From sequence record NZ_CP044414.1: DNA of 44,285 nt; one strand, written 5' to 3'. This document shows, in pieces, positions 28,402 through 40,215 of the stretch. The position numbers and the translations under genes were made by a program. This DNA is from a plasmid. Below the pieces are notes generated by a model, which saw only the letters and a program-made list of their open reading frames with translations, ran no database searches and was not told the DNA's origin. The first letter of the stretch is position 1. Every line of letters begins with the position of its first letter.

Positions 28402-30462
28402 ATGGCAATTTTTCATATGAGTTTTAGTAATATTAGTGCTGGTAAAGGCCGGAGCGCAATTGCCAGTGCCGCCTATCGAAGTGGTGAAAAACTATTTGAT
28501 GATAAAGAAGGACGAAGCTATTTTTATGCCCGTTCGGTTATGCCAGAAAGCTTTATATTGACCCCTAAAAATGCGCCAAAATGGGCAAATGACAGGCAGA
28601 AATTATGGAACGAAGTTGAAAAGAAAGACCGTAAGGCTAATTCACGTTATGCAAAAGAATTCAACGTTGCCCTACCAGTTGAATTAACTAATGAGGAACA
28701 AAAGGCTTTAATCACAAAATTTGTACAAGAAACATTTGTCGATAAAGGTATGGTCGCAGATGTCGCAATTCACCGCGACCATGAAGAAAACCCACATGCT
28801 CATGTTATGCTTACCAATCGCCCTTTTAATCCAGATGGAAGTTGGGGATTAAAGTCAAAAACGCAATATGTTTTAGATAAAAATGGCAAACAATTATTAA
28901 CTAAAAATGGTAATCCAAAACAAAGAAAAATCTGGTTAGTAGATTGGGATAAACCGGGAAAAGTTGAAGAATGGCGACATGCTTGGGCAGAAGAAGTAAA
29001 TAGTTTATTTCAAGCTAAAGGTATGCCAGAAAGAATCAGCGAAAAATCGTATGAAGAACAGGGCATAGAAAAGACACCAACCAAGCACGAAGGACACAAC
29101 AGTCAAACCAAAGAAAGAAAAGCATTTAACGAAGCAGTTAAGGAGCAAGACAGAACTAAAAAGCAATATCAAAATAACCAAGAAAAGATTAATAATCAGA
29201 AGCACTTTGACGCTTTAAGTCAGCATTTTTCTTTCAATGAAAAACGGTTAATCAAAGAGTTAAGCCATGAGCTTAGAACTTATGTCAGCTTAGAGAGTTT
29301 AGATGATAAACGCAGAATGTTGTTTAACTGGAAAAACAGCGTTCTTATTAAACATGCGGTTGGGGAAGATATTAGAAAAGAATTGCTAACAATTAACCGT
29401 CAAAGTCAGTCACTAGAAAAGGCAGATAGACTGTTAGAAAAGGTTACTAATCGAGTAATTGAGAGATTATATCCAGAGCTAAAACTTGATGAAATTACAC
29501 CAGCAGAACGGCAAGAATTAATTAAAGAAACCAACAGCGAACAAAAAGTTTTCAAGGGTGAAGAACTACATGATCGTCTATTGATGATTAGAGAAGATTT
29601 GATTAATCGTCAATTATTAACTTTCACCAAGCGCCCTTATATCAGTTGGCAATTATTAAGTAAGCAAGAAACAAGGGATAAGGAAAAGCTAACCCAGATT
29701 TTGAGCAAACATGGTAATTCCCTTGAAGAATTAGAAACAGCAAATAGGGGAGTTCTAGTCAATTACAGTCCAGCTGAGCAAGGACAAATTAAGCAAGCCG
29801 TTAAGGACTTGCGGACAATTAAGGCAGTTAAAGAGATTGTTCAAACACAGTATCAAGCAGTATTGAAACAAGCATTCCCAGATACCCCAATAGATAAAGC
29901 ACCGATTGAGAAACAGGAACAAGTTTATACCGCTTTGATGTACTACAATCCGAGTTTAAAGGCTTGTCAGCTGGAAACGATTAAGGCATGGCAAAAAGAA
30001 CCGCCAGTAGTCTTTACCCATGAAGAGCATGAACAAGGATTAGCTTATTTAACAGGCAAAAAAGCGCTTAATGATTTAACTAATAAGCAACTCCAAAGAG
30101 TAATGAAGTATGACGGTACTAGACAGTTATTCTTAGGGGAATGTGAGAATGACCCAGCCATTAAAGACAGTCGGATTAAGACAGTACGACAAGAGATTGC
30201 CAATGGACAAAATCAAGACGATCAAAAACGACAAAGTCAACTTTCAGACTATGAACCGTTTAACTACAAAGAAGTCACCCCCAGTTACTACCTAGAAACC
30301 GCCTTTAGTGACGCATTATTAGGAATCTTGTACTCAAGAAGCGAAGACCGCAGACGAAGCAAACAAGCCAAAGGTTTACGAGAAACCGAATGGAAAATGA
30401 CGAGAAAACAACGGCAACATCAAACGAGAAACCGGCATGATGATTTTGGCTTACATATGTAG
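28402..30462 (+). CDS. mobA: MobA/MobL-family relaxase
   Basis: [31 protein letters not shown] and the [14 protein letters not shown] three-His motif. Confidence 0.85.
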   Translation: MAIFHMSFSNISAGKGRSAIASAAYRSGEKLFDDKEGRSYFYARSVMPESFILTPKNAPKWANDRQKLWNEVEKKDRKANSRYAKEFNVALPVELTNEEQKALITKFVQETFVDKGMVADVAIHRDHEENPHAHVMLTNRPFNPDGSWGLKSKTQYVLDKNGKQLLTKNGNPKQRKIWLVDWDKPGKVEEWRHAWAEEVNSLFQAKGMPERISEKSYEEQGIEKTPTKHEGHNSQTKERKAFNEAVKEQDRTKKQYQNNQEKINNQKHFDALSQHFSFNEKRLIKELSHELRTYVSLESLDDKRRMLFNWKNSVLIKHAVGEDIRKELLTINRQSQSLEKADRLLEKVTNRVIERLYPELKLDEITPAERQELIKETNSEQKVFKGEELHDRLLMIREDLINRQLLTFTKRPYISWQLLSKQETRDKEKLTQILSKHGNSLEELETANRGVLVNYSPAEQGQIKQAVKDLRTIKAVKEIVQTQYQAVLKQAFPDTPIDKAPIEKQEQVYTALMYYNPSLKACQLETIKAWQKEPPVVFTHEEHEQGLAYLTGKKALNDLTNKQLQRVMKYDGTRQLFLGECENDPAIKDSRIKTVRQEIANGQNQDDQKRQSQLSDYEPFNYKEVTPSYYLETAFSDALLGILYSRSEDRRRSKQAKGLRETEWKMTRKQRQHQTRNRHDDFGLHM

Positions 30463-30957
30463 TTAAACTATATGACTTTAAAATGTTACCGAAAAGAAGT
30501 AATTCATAATGCATTAAGTGAGATTCAATCGTCAGCAAAAAGGCGATTGATATTACTGATGAATTAACCCAAAAACTAGGCTTACAAGAAGAACAAAAAG
30601 AAAGCAATAATCTCAAAGCTGAAACGAAACAAGAAACAACTTCTGAAAATAAGCAGCCAACCAACAACAATAACAAATCATTAAGTGATCGTGTCCAAGC
30701 GCAACTTAATAAATTTATCAAACAAAACCCAGATATGAAGAAGCCCGAACAAGAACAGACACAAGAATTAAAAATGTAGTTTGGAGCAATCAAGATGAAA
30801 AATTTAAGTTGGTTTAACCTGTAAGGCTTTAGCACTTCCTTGGTCTTATTAATTTATCCAAATATATATGAATGAAATTATGAGCTTTTCTTGACTAATT
30901 TGATTTATGCTTTAGTACAGTTTATAATCAATAAGTTGTTTAGAAAGGGGTCAGCAA

Positions 30958-31341
30958 GTGGTCAAAGAATTTAAAGAATTCATTTCTCGTGGCAATATGA
31001 TGGACTTAGCTGTTGGAGTTATTATTGGTTCAGCTTTTACTGCCATTGTTAATTCTCTAGTTAAGAATTTAATTAATCCATTAATTGGTTTATTTATTGG
31101 AAAAATTGATCTTTCAAATCTAAAACTCACTATTGGTGAAGCAACTTTTAGGTATGGTAGTTTCTTAAATGCCGTTATTAACTTCTTAATTATTGCTCTG
31201 GTAGTATTTATTTTAATGAAATTAGTTAATAAATTTACAATCAAAAAAGAAGCAGAAAAAGAAACGCCAGCTCCTAGCAACGAAGAAATTTACCTTCGTC
31301 AAATTAGAGATGCACTACAAGAAAAGAAAATCTTGCGATAA
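30958..31341 (+). CDS. mscL: large-conductance mechanosensitive channel
   Basis: [28 protein letters not shown] start after AAAGGGG. Confidence 0.85.
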   Translation: MVKEFKEFISRGNMMDLAVGVIIGSAFTAIVNSLVKNLINPLIGLFIGKIDLSNLKLTIGEATFRYGSFLNAVINFLIIALVVFILMKLVNKFTIKKEAEKETPAPSNEEIYLRQIRDALQEKKILR

Positions 31342-31399
31342 CAGGACTTCTCAGTAGAGCCGTTTAATACGACGGTGAACATAAATTTAATCCAACAAT

Positions 31400-31443
31400 T
31401 AAAGCCTTCAGAATCCTCATTTTGAGATTCTGAAGGCTTTTTA
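31400..31443 (+). terminator. intrinsic terminator of mscL
   Basis: aaagccttcagaatc...gattctgaaggcttttt. Confidence 0.7.
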
Positions 31444-31713
31444 ATCTGTTCCGGTGACTTCTTTTATAACCAAATTTAATTTTGGCTTTGATCTGCAAGT
31501 CTTCGCGCTTGGGTAGCTAATCCTGCAAACTTATCTACATAACCTGCAAGACTTTTATCCTGTCCTAAAATTTCTTGTCCAAATTTATGTTACGCACCTC
31601 GCCTTTATCTCGTAATGGTGTGCTTTTTATGTCTGTTGTAACGATACCAATAAAGTGATTTTCGGCGACTATGCAAGCTAATTCTACTTAAAACTTATAC
31701 GTCACCTTCTGGC

Positions 31714-32910
31714 TCACCTAAGCAACCAATCTAAAACATATTCAACATTGATTCCATTAATATCTCCAGCATCAAATTGGTTCAGAGTAAGTACGACCTT
31801 TTTATAACCATCCGGAATAAATCGTAAGTTATCAGTCTCACGTTTATTAGCATCTGGTATTTGCTGAGTAATTTGATAGTACTCAATTGTAGATCCTTTG
31901 CGGGCAATAAAATCAATTTCTTTATCGTTATACTTACCAACATCGATTGAATAGCCACGACGAAGTAATTCAATGTAAACCACATTCTCTAATTGGTGAC
32001 CGAGATTATCGATAGCATCTTTGTTAAGCAGAGTATTACGTAGGCCATTATCAACAAAATAGTATTTATGCTGGGTACTAAGCCATTTTTTGCCGCGTAA
32101 GTCGTAACGATTTGTTTTATAAAATAAAAAGGACTGTTGTAATAGGTCTAAATAATTAATAACTGTTGATGTTGAAATTTTGAAGCCATTGGATCTTAAA
32201 GTATTAGCAATTTTAGTTGCAGAAACTAGATTGCCAATTTCGCTCATTAAATAGTCACAGACAGCAAGGAGAGCCTGATCGCTATTAGCTTTTAGACGCG
32301 AAGAAACGTCACTTAGAATAATCGAATCAAAGATTCCACGTTTTAAAGCGTCTTTAAGATTAGTATTAGGAGCAACATCAACCGCTGGAAATCCCCCCTC
32401 TAATAAATAGTCTTTAAATAGTTGATAGACCTTTTCTGGGGATCCATTTTTAAAGTCATAATATTCCTTGAATGATAATGGATAAACTTTAAGTTGAACG
32501 TATCTTCCAGTTAACAGCGTAGCAAGTTCACTGGATAATAGGAATGCGTTCGAGCCAGTGATATAAATATCAGCGTCCATATCAACTCGAAAGCTGTTAA
32601 TGGCCTTTTCCCACTCTTTAACGTATTGAATTTCGTCAAAGAAGAGATAATTTTTTTTATGATGGTTTTGATGTTGGTGGACATAGTCATATAGATCTTT
32701 AGCATTACGAATGTTGATAAAAGCAAAATTTTCAAAATTAATGTGAATAATTTGATCATCTTGAATACCATCACCTTTAAGTTTTTGAATAAACATATTC
32801 ATCAAAAAGGTTTTTCCTGAACGCCGAATACCAGTAATTACTTTAATAGCCTCGTTATCTCGAAAATCTTCAAGGAATTGCATATATTGAGGGCGGTTAA
32901 TGTAGTTCAT
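31714..32910 (-). CDS. ATP-binding protein (AAA plus DUF4143-type)
   Basis: ITGIRRSGKTF P-loop. 398 aa. Confidence 0.65.
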   Translation of the reverse strand: MNYINRPQYMQFLEDFRDNEAIKVITGIRRSGKTFLMNMFIQKLKGDGIQDDQIIHINFENFAFINIRNAKDLYDYVHQHQNHHKKNYLFFDEIQYVKEWEKAINSFRVDMDADIYITGSNAFLLSSELATLLTGRYVQLKVYPLSFKEYYDFKNGSPEKVYQLFKDYLLEGGFPAVDVAPNTNLKDALKRGIFDSIILSDVSSRLKANSDQALLAVCDYLMSEIGNLVSATKIANTLRSNGFKISTSTVINYLDLLQQSFLFYKTNRYDLRGKKWLSTQHKYYFVDNGLRNTLLNKDAIDNLGHQLENVVYIELLRRGYSIDVGKYNDKEIDFIARKGSTIEYYQITQQIPDANKRETDNLRFIPDGYKKVVLTLNQFDAGDINGINVEYVLDWLLR

Positions 32911-33120
32911 ATTAGCTTTTGCTCTCTTTCTATTTTGTATACAAGATATTATATCACCATTTTATATTTTATTTTGTGTACTATACAAAATTCAAAAAAA
33001 TTAATTTTTGTTACGTAAGAGATACAAATGTATCAAGATTAAAATAAATCTGTCGACTTTGAATCAAAGATACAGATACTTCGAAATACGGACACTGCTA
33101 TCAAAGAAAATTATGAAATA

Positions 33121-33723
33121 TTAATCTTGTGAATTAGTTTTTGACGATGATAGTCGTATTCGTAGCTTCTTAAATTTTTTGAAACGCCTTTTCTGCGTGG
33201 CAATGCTTATCCCTGTTTTGCGTTCAATCATCTTATAGGTCATACCTTGCTGTCTTAATTCGTAAGCCAGTTGAATTTGTTCATCACTATAAGTTTGGGG
33301 GCGACCCTCTCTAAAATTCGGGTCATGGGCTTTTGCATACATTTTGCCTTCTTGTGTTCTCGTAACAATCATATCTCTTTCAAATTGAGCAAAGGCACTA
33401 AAAATGGTAAAGATGAGCTGGCCAGTTGGTGTATTATCAATTACTCCCATATTTAAGATGTTGACCTTGATATTTTGCTTAAATAATTTCTGAATGAGTT
33501 CTAGAGCTTCGGTTGTGTTTCTGGCGAACCTATCTAATTTAGTCACAATTAAAGTATCATTTACTTTTAACTCGTTAAGTAGTTTTTGAAACTCTGGTCG
33601 TTGGGTAGTCGTGCCTGTATATTTTTCTTGAAAAATTTTGTCTGCGCCAGCTGACTTTAACAAGTCAATTTGATTTTCGAGTTTTTGGTCACTGGTGCTA
33701 ACTCGTGCGTAACCGTATTTCAT
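33121..33723 (-). CDS. serine recombinase/resolvase
   Basis: [18 protein letters not shown]. Confidence 0.8.
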   Translation of the reverse strand: MKYGYARVSTSDQKLENQIDLLKSAGADKIFQEKYTGTTTQRPEFQKLLNELKVNDTLIVTKLDRFARNTTEALELIQKLFKQNIKVNILNMGVIDNTPTGQLIFTIFSAFAQFERDMIVTRTQEGKMYAKAHDPNFREGRPQTYSDEQIQLAYELRQQGMTYKMIERKTGISIATQKRRFKKFKKLRIRLSSSKTNSQD

Positions 33724-34208
33724 GCTTTTTTACTCCTTACTAACGAACCTAAGATACGAGCTATTATATAACTAATAAAATCAAGGGTACAAAAATAAGC
33801 TCACAACTGTTAAGTTATGTCTTTTGAACTTGGAGTGAGAATGTAGTCAAGTGCTAGGTGTGGAGATTTTTTTGTGGACTTCAAAAAAATACTACCCGTT
33901 CTTGACGGAATGAAACGACACACTGAAACGGCTGAAAGCCAAAGTTAGTTACACTAACTTTGCTTTCCTGCCACACGGCGAGTGGGCGAGTGAGTTTGAG
34001 CGGGGGAAAAAAATTCCTCTCATTATTGCGGTCAAGCTGGTTCAGCTTGTGGGTGTGGGTAAAACCCACGGTTTGTCTTGAATTAAAAACAGAAAGTTAC
34101 TTTTTATAAGCAAAATTGTAGACAGCTGACATCTATCGTGCTATTTTGTAAAAGAAATATGTTACTGATAAAAAATAAGTAGTAAGAATTTGGATTAGGA
34201 GTCTAAGT

Positions 34209-35054
34209 ATGAGACATTTTAAGAATATTATTATTGGTTTTGGTAAAGCTGGTAAGACTTTGGCAGGGAGCCTGACAAGTCATGGCGAAGAAGTGCTTTT
34301 GATTGAAAAAGATCCAATGATGTACGGCGGAACATGTATCAACATCGCATGTTTGCCAACTAAGAACTTGGTAATTAACTCTCAAAGAGGAGTTAAGTAT
34401 GAAGAAGCTTTCGAAACTAAGGAAGCTATGACAGCAAAACTACGCAACAAGAACTACCACAAGGTAGCAGACCAAGACTTGGCAACTGTGCTTGATGCAA
34501 GTGCTGAATTTATTGATGATAAGATAATCAAGGTAACTGATGAATCAGGTACAGAAGAATTAACATTCGACCGTCTTTTCATTAATACTGGTGCCGAAAG
34601 TAATGTACCAAATATTGATGGCCTAAAGATTGACGATAAGATATTGACTTCAACTGAAATGCTTGCTAAAAAAGAACTTGCTAAGAATCTGGTTATTTTA
34701 GGTGGTGGACCAATCGGACTTGAATTTGCTTCAATGTACGCTGGCTTTGGCAGTAAAGTAACTGTAATTGAACCAATGCCAAGTATCTTGGGCCGGTTTG
34801 AACCAGAAATTGCTCAGGCAGCTAAGGCTGATATGGAAGCAGATGGCGTTACCTTCATGCTTAAGTCTTCTTTGACCAAGGTTGAAGAAACTGAAGCTGG
34901 TCTTAACTTAACTGTTGAAACCGAAGATGGTGTTAAGGACTTGCAAGCAGACGTGATGCTTGTGTCAGTTGGCCGCCACCCAGCCACTGCCGCCCTTCAC
35001 CTAGAAAAAACCAGTCTTGAAGTTGGCCAAAGAGGGGAGTGGTGGATAGTATAG
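34209..35054 (+). pseudogene. class I pyridine nucleotide-disulfide oxidoreductase, C-terminally truncated
   Basis: IIGFGKAGK FAD site. GGTCINIACLP redox CxxxxC motif. Second GGGPIG NAD site. Ends at 281 aa in unrelated sequence. Confidence 0.6.
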
Positions 35055-35101
35055 ATAAGTAGATGGTTTTGTATACAAAGCGTGTTCTAAGGAGAGGAAA
35101 A

Positions 35102-37861
35102 ATGAAAAGAATTCGAACGTTTCTATCTTTGTTGATAATTGTAGGCGGAATTTTTGCAGCCCCAATTCAAACTATGGCTGCCACTAATATAAATGGGACA
35201 CCATCTGTAGCTAGCAGTCAAAGTAAGGGTGACTTACCTAGCATCGATCAAGCACAAAGTTCCAAATCAAAGTTTGCCAGTTCTGCAAAAACTAATGATA
35301 TTCCACAAAATGTTACGAAAAATGAAAATAAAGTCAGCCAAAAAGCATCCAATGAGCTTGGAAACAATGAAGGTGTGAGAGGCCCATCTTCTAGTATTGA
35401 TATTACTATTAGCAATTCCAAGTTAACCACTAATGTGATTGAAGGAGGTTTTGGCACTACTGAATTTAAATTCGATTTCTCAGTTCCAGATTCAGCCAAA
35501 TCTGGGGATACAACAACTATTTCATTACCGGATCAGTTAGATTTCCAACGATCTCAGAAGTTTAATATTTATGCACCTGATGGCAAAACTGTTGTAGCTA
35601 CAGCAGTTATCGATAAGCCCAGCAAATCACTTGTTCTAACCTACACCGATTACGTTGATTCACATGACTCAATAAGTGGCCATATTGATATGCAAGTAAC
35701 GGCCGCTACAAGTGAAATTAATAAAGAAGAGACCATACCAGCGGAAATCAAGATTAATGGGCACACCGTTACGATTGATAGATCTGGTATAAAACACATA
35801 CCTTCCAAGGGTGATACAGCAACAGACTTTTGGAAGTACGGATATGTTGATTATGACAATAACAAGAATGAAATTATCTATCACGTCAACATTAACGCCT
35901 CTATGCAAAGTGTCAGTAATGTAGTTATCTCTGATAGTTTGGCTTCAGATGGTTTTTCTTATGTGCCCGGAAGTTTTTCTATTTCTAAAGGAAATTGGGA
36001 AAGAAATTCTGAGAACTATTGGACATTGAGCAATCCACAAGATGTGACAAGCCAATATAACATTGATATTAATTCAAGCAATAGTGCTTATACAGTGAAA
36101 TTGGGCAATATATCTGAGGGTTATGCAATTGTCTACCGGGTTAAGTCAAACCATCCATTACTTAATGGCGAACTGGTCGAGAATGATGTTAGCTATAAAT
36201 CTAATAAGAAGGTAATAAACAGTTCTATAAATAGAGTTCTTTACCAAGAGGCTAATGGCAAAGCTAATGGATATAATTATAGTTTAACTATAAATAAAGA
36301 GGATGAATCTGGAGCCCCACTTGCAAATGCTGTTTTTTCTGTTATTCGCAAGTCAACTAATGGGGTTGTTGGAACCATAACTACTGGTCCTGATGGTAAA
36401 GGAACAATTTATGGTCTTCTAAAAGATGATTATATTATACGTGAAACTTCGGCTCCATCGGGATATACATTGGCTAAAGATGTTACTGTTTCAGCTGATA
36501 GTTTTGACTCTAAGGGAGCAACAGCAACGATCACAGATAAGAAAGCTGTTACTACCGTTTCAGGTACAAAGACTTGGAAGGATAATGATGATCAAGACGG
36601 CAAGCGCCCTGATTCAATCAAGGTTAACTTATTAGCTAATGGTAAGGTTGTTCAAAGTAAGACAGTGAAGGCATCAGACAACTGGAAGTACAGCTTCACT
36701 AACTTACCTGAATTTGAAAATGGTAAGAAGATTACCTACACCGTTACTGAAGACCAAGTTAAAGACTATTCAACGACGGTAGACGGGTACAACTTAACTA
36801 ACAGCTATACGCCGGCTAAGACGAGTGTTAGTGTAACTAAAGCATGGAACGACAATAATAACCAAGATGGCAGTCGTCCAAATGAAGTTAAAGTTCAGCT
36901 CTACGCTAATGGTGAAAAGAGTGGTAACGAAGTTACCCTTAATGCGGCCAACAAGTGGACTCACACTTGGACCGAATTAGCTGAAAAATCAAATAAGAAA
37001 ACTGTTCAATACTCAGTTAAAGAAGTTGGTACTGTTAAGGGCTACACTTCATCAGTTAACGGTAAGAATGGTAACTTCATAGTGACTAACACGCATACGC
37101 CAAGCACTACTACCGTTTCAGGTACAAAGACTTGGAAGGATAATGATGATCAAGACGGCAAGCGCCCTGATTCAATCAAGGTTAACTTATTAGCTAATGG
37201 TAAGGTTGTTCAAAGTAAGACAGTGAAGGCATCAGACAACTGGAAGTACAGCTTCACTAACTTACCTGAATTTGAAAATGGTAAGAAGATTACCTACACC
37301 GTTACTGAAGACCAAGTTAAAGACTATTCAACGACGGTAGACGGGTACAACTTAACTAACAGCTATACGCCGGCTAAGACGAGTGTTAGTGTAACTAAAG
37401 CATGGAACGACAATAATAACCAAGATGGCAGTCGTCCAAATGAAGTTAAAGTTCAGCTCTACGCTAATGGTGAAAAGAGTGGTAACGAAGTTACCCTTAA
37501 TGCGGCCAACAAGTGGACTCACACTTGGACCGAATTAGCTGAAAAATCAAATAAGAAAACTGTTCAATACTCAGTTAAAGAAGTTGGTACTGTTAAGGGC
37601 TACACTTCATCAGTTAACGGTAAGAATGGTAACTTCATAGTGACTAACACGCATACGCCAAGCACTCCGAATGTTCCTACAAATAAGACCCCAAACAAGT
37701 CGAGTCGCCACAATAATCCGATCAAAAAGATAGTTCAAAAGATAGTTCAGCTAATTCTGCCACAAACAGGCAGTTCCTCTGAAACGTATCTTATTGCTAT
37801 TGGTGGGGTATTGCTGATTTTGCTGCTCAGTGTCATCCTTCTTAAAAGGAAGAAAAAGTAA
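35102..37861 (+). CDS. LPXTG-anchored surface adhesin with Cna-B-type repeats
   Basis: Signal peptide MKRIRTFLSLLIIVGGIFA. Repeated TKTWKDNDDQDGKRPD modules. C-terminal LPQTG, TM helix and KRKKK. Confidence 0.8.
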   Translation: MKRIRTFLSLLIIVGGIFAAPIQTMAATNINGTPSVASSQSKGDLPSIDQAQSSKSKFASSAKTNDIPQNVTKNENKVSQKASNELGNNEGVRGPSSSIDITISNSKLTTNVIEGGFGTTEFKFDFSVPDSAKSGDTTTISLPDQLDFQRSQKFNIYAPDGKTVVATAVIDKPSKSLVLTYTDYVDSHDSISGHIDMQVTAATSEINKEETIPAEIKINGHTVTIDRSGIKHIPSKGDTATDFWKYGYVDYDNNKNEIIYHVNINASMQSVSNVVISDSLASDGFSYVPGSFSISKGNWERNSENYWTLSNPQDVTSQYNIDINSSNSAYTVKLGNISEGYAIVYRVKSNHPLLNGELVENDVSYKSNKKVINSSINRVLYQEANGKANGYNYSLTINKEDESGAPLANAVFSVIRKSTNGVVGTITTGPDGKGTIYGLLKDDYIIRETSAPSGYTLAKDVTVSADSFDSKGATATITDKKAVTTVSGTKTWKDNDDQDGKRPDSIKVNLLANGKVVQSKTVKASDNWKYSFTNLPEFENGKKITYTVTEDQVKDYSTTVDGYNLTNSYTPAKTSVSVTKAWNDNNNQDGSRPNEVKVQLYANGEKSGNEVTLNAANKWTHTWTELAEKSNKKTVQYSVKEVGTVKGYTSSVNGKNGNFIVTNTHTPSTTTVSGTKTWKDNDDQDGKRPDSIKVNLLANGKVVQSKTVKASDNWKYSFTNLPEFENGKKITYTVTEDQVKDYSTTVDGYNLTNSYTPAKTSVSVTKAWNDNNNQDGSRPNEVKVQLYANGEKSGNEVTLNAANKWTHTWTELAEKSNKKTVQYSVKEVGTVKGYTSSVNGKNGNFIVTNTHTPSTPNVPTNKTPNKSSRHNNPIKKIVQKIVQLILPQTGSSSETYLIAIGGVLLILLLSVILLKRKKK
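36551..37666 (+). repeat. perfect 558-bp tandem duplication inside the adhesin gene
   Basis: Unit starting actaccgtttcaggtacaaagacttgg at 36551 recurs identically from 37109. Confidence 0.85.
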
Positions 37862-37867
37862 CTTTTA

Positions 37868-38007
37868 ATTAAAAAGAGTCTGGGAAAAAAGTCATTTTTT
37901 GACTAAATTCTAATAAAACTCAAAAATAAAACCGTTGATATATTAAGGTTTATAGAACCAAGATAATCAACGGTTTTTGTAATTTAAGAGTTTCTTCCCA
38001 GACTCTT
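37868..38007. terminator. nested inverted repeats between convergent genes
   Basis: aaaagagtctgggaa...ttcccagactctttt enclosing aaaaccgttgat...atcaacggttttt. Confidence 0.5.
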
Positions 38008-38178
38008 TTGTCTAGTTATAGATTTTTTGATTAGTCCATTTTTGCGAGTGTAGTTTAATTGGTAGAATAATTGCTGGCGAGTATTCGCACGCTTTCTTTT
38101 TGCCCGCAACACACCCACCGATAAACTGTAATCTGGAAAATAGTGATATGTGTTCCATTTTCATATAAATATTAATCA

Positions 38179-38865
38179 TCAAACTTCAACATAGTAATGA
38201 CTATAATTGTTAGGATCAACGTAGACATAAATGGTATCACCCACGTTTAACCCATGAAGAGCAGTGGAGTTAAAGACAGGGGCACTTTCGAAGTGGTATC
38301 GTTCATTTGCTTCCTCATAGTAGCACTTTATTATCTTGCCAACCACACCGTTCAAAATTACATGACTATCGGTTATAGCTGATACTATCGCAGTGACTCG
38401 CTGTCCAGTTTTCTTTAATCGATGTCTCCCTCTATCAGCAAAGACGTATTTAAGGAAGATACTTCCTAAAATGGTGAAAACTAAGCCTATCCCACCCCAA
38501 ATGGCAAGATTAAGTATTCCTGCACCGGGTATAGTTGGATTTGCTGGGGCTTGAGGATTAATAAGTATTTTGATTTTCTTACCTATCTGCATCGAGGGAG
38601 TATATGTATCTAAACGGATATCGGTGTAGCGTTGACCGTGATAGCGGTAGTCTATGTACACCTCATGACGTCTGGAATCCTGAGAATAGTGGGAATAGCG
38701 ATTACCGCTCTCGTGATAAGTAACGATATCTGTGATCCTGGCAGTAGCACTCTCTCCCTTGGCCTGTAGCTGAGAAGTACGCCAGTAGGCTAGAGAGCCG
38801 ATCCCAATTAAAGTTACGCCCAGTAATAAGAAGATCCATCCAAATAGGCTAAGAATTTTTTTCAT
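38179..38865 (-). CDS. membrane protein with two DUF3592-like repeats
   Basis: N-terminal TM helix, central TM helix, duplicated beta-rich segments. Confidence 0.5.
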   Translation of the reverse strand: MKKILSLFGWIFLLLGVTLIGIGSLAYWRTSQLQAKGESATARITDIVTYHESGNRYSHYSQDSRRHEVYIDYRYHGQRYTDIRLDTYTPSMQIGKKIKILINPQAPANPTIPGAGILNLAIWGGIGLVFTILGSIFLKYVFADRGRHRLKKTGQRVTAIVSAITDSHVILNGVVGKIIKCYYEEANERYHFESAPVFNSTALHGLNVGDTIYVYVDPNNYSHYYVEV

Positions 38866-39193
38866 CGCAAGCTCCTCCGTTAACTATTATGAAGACCAAT
38901 CTTGGAATCACTATTCTTCTAAAAGTCTAATGATCTAAGAGTGAATCGTACTTTTAGTCATATTATATTAAAGATAATACCTTATTTCACCTATGTGATG
39001 ATAGTACCATTTAAAAAGGACTAGCTTAGTCGCATAATCTTTCACCAAGAGATGTGAATTTGGGGTCCATTTTGAGAAATAGCCACTTGAAAATAAAAGC
39101 CCCTCAATCCTACGATTAAGGACTAAGGGGCTATTTTTTTGTTAAAACATATTTTCGCCCGTATTTTGTGGCGGATAATGCTATAATTTAGAC

Positions 39194-39310
39194 AAACAAA
39201 AAGGAAGCTTTGCACTAACAAGGCTTCCCCAGTAGAGCCGTTTAAGACGGTAGCAATTAATTAGTGATTAAATAACTGCTAGCTTGCCAGAGCTAAGGCG
39301 GTTATTTTTA
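39194..39310 (+). ncRNA. second full copy of the sRNA-like element
   Basis: TGcTATAAT at 39179..39187. Hairpin ggaagc...gcttcc. Core agtagagccgtttaagacgg. Terminator ataactgc...gcggttat. Confidence 0.35.
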
Positions 39311-39357
39311 TTGATAGGGAACCAGTATCTATGATGGAACTATTGGAAAATTAGCAG

Positions 39358-40215
39358 GTGCATAATATGTTTAACCAAACTTATAAACAAATATCAGGGT
39401 ACATTCAAAGAAAGGATATAAATGAAACTTTAAAATTCTCCTATTCTAATTTTTTTACAAAATTTGGTGTATTTATCTTAGCCATGGGATTCGTCTTTGG
39501 ATTATACGCTATTGGTATTGGGCCTACGCAAGGAAATTGGGGAGAAACAGGGAACATGGTCGCTAGAATATTACTGGATATCGTGGGCCCACTGGTAAAA
39601 ATATCTGACGGTATCTTTTTCCTGATGCTATTGGCGTGGGTAGTTATACCATACTACAATCGAGGAATTGCAGCAGTACAGGGCTCGTTGATCGGATTAG
39701 TTTGGTGTCTGACGACATTTTTTTCACTTTGTTCTTTGTCTACGATAGCACTTGTAATAGTACAAGGCTGGATTTCCTTTTTTATTCAACTTGCCATTGT
39801 GCTTATGTATTTTTGTGTATCTATTTATATGTGGATTATGAAAATACACACTAAGGAAACGAAGATAGGTACTCTAAAAGTTACTATTGTTACATTAGGC
39901 GTAATGTTGCTCATTAATTTTGTAATGATTATATACTTAGTTACCTGTAAGCATATAAATTTTTACTTCTCATTAGCTTCAGCATTAATCGTATTTTATG
40001 TTCTATTAATTGCAATAATGTTCTATCAATTAGATAGGACTTATAAAATGATTTATATCCAGAAGTATAATCGACAATTCAGAATTGCATATAAAATACC
40101 AGATAAAAAGTGGTGGTTCACAGCCAAGAGGGCAGCGAAACATCCGCGGGTTTATCCGCCAGTAGAGGAAGGAACAAAGGAACCAACGCCAAAGGAGGGA
40201 AATAAGCATGGATGA
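39358..40215 (+). CDS. polytopic membrane protein, hypothetical
   Basis: 285 aa with about 7 TM segments. Confidence 0.5.
   Translation: MHNMFNQTYKQISGYIQRKDINETLKFSYSNFFTKFGVFILAMGFVFGLYAIGIGPTQGNWGETGNMVARILLDIVGPLVKISDGIFFLMLLAWVVIPYYNRGIAAVQGSLIGLVWCLTTFFSLCSLSTIALVIVQGWISFFIQLAIVLMYFCVSIYMWIMKIHTKETKIGTLKVTIVTLGVMLLINFVMIIYLVTCKHINFYFSLASALIVFYVLLIAIMFYQLDRTYKMIYIQKYNRQFRIAYKIPDKKWWFTAKRAAKHPRVYPPVEEGTKEPTPKEGNKHG

Noticed and set aside
30305-31280. minus-strand ORFs 30305..30835 and 30951..31280
   Set aside because: They are low-complexity hydrophobic translations antisense to the relaxase tail and mscL. The plus strand 30480..30790 looks like a start-less coding remnant only.
35248-36635. 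ORFs 35248..35499, 35669..35908 and 36426..36635 inside the adhesin gene
   Set aside because: Antisense or alternate-frame artefacts within a 932-aa well-supported frame.
38046-38115. tRNA-like string gcgagtgtagtttaattggtagaa...
   Set aside because: It has a D-arm-like sequence only. There is no matching acceptor 3' strand and no T-arm GGTTCGA motif, so it is not a tRNA gene.
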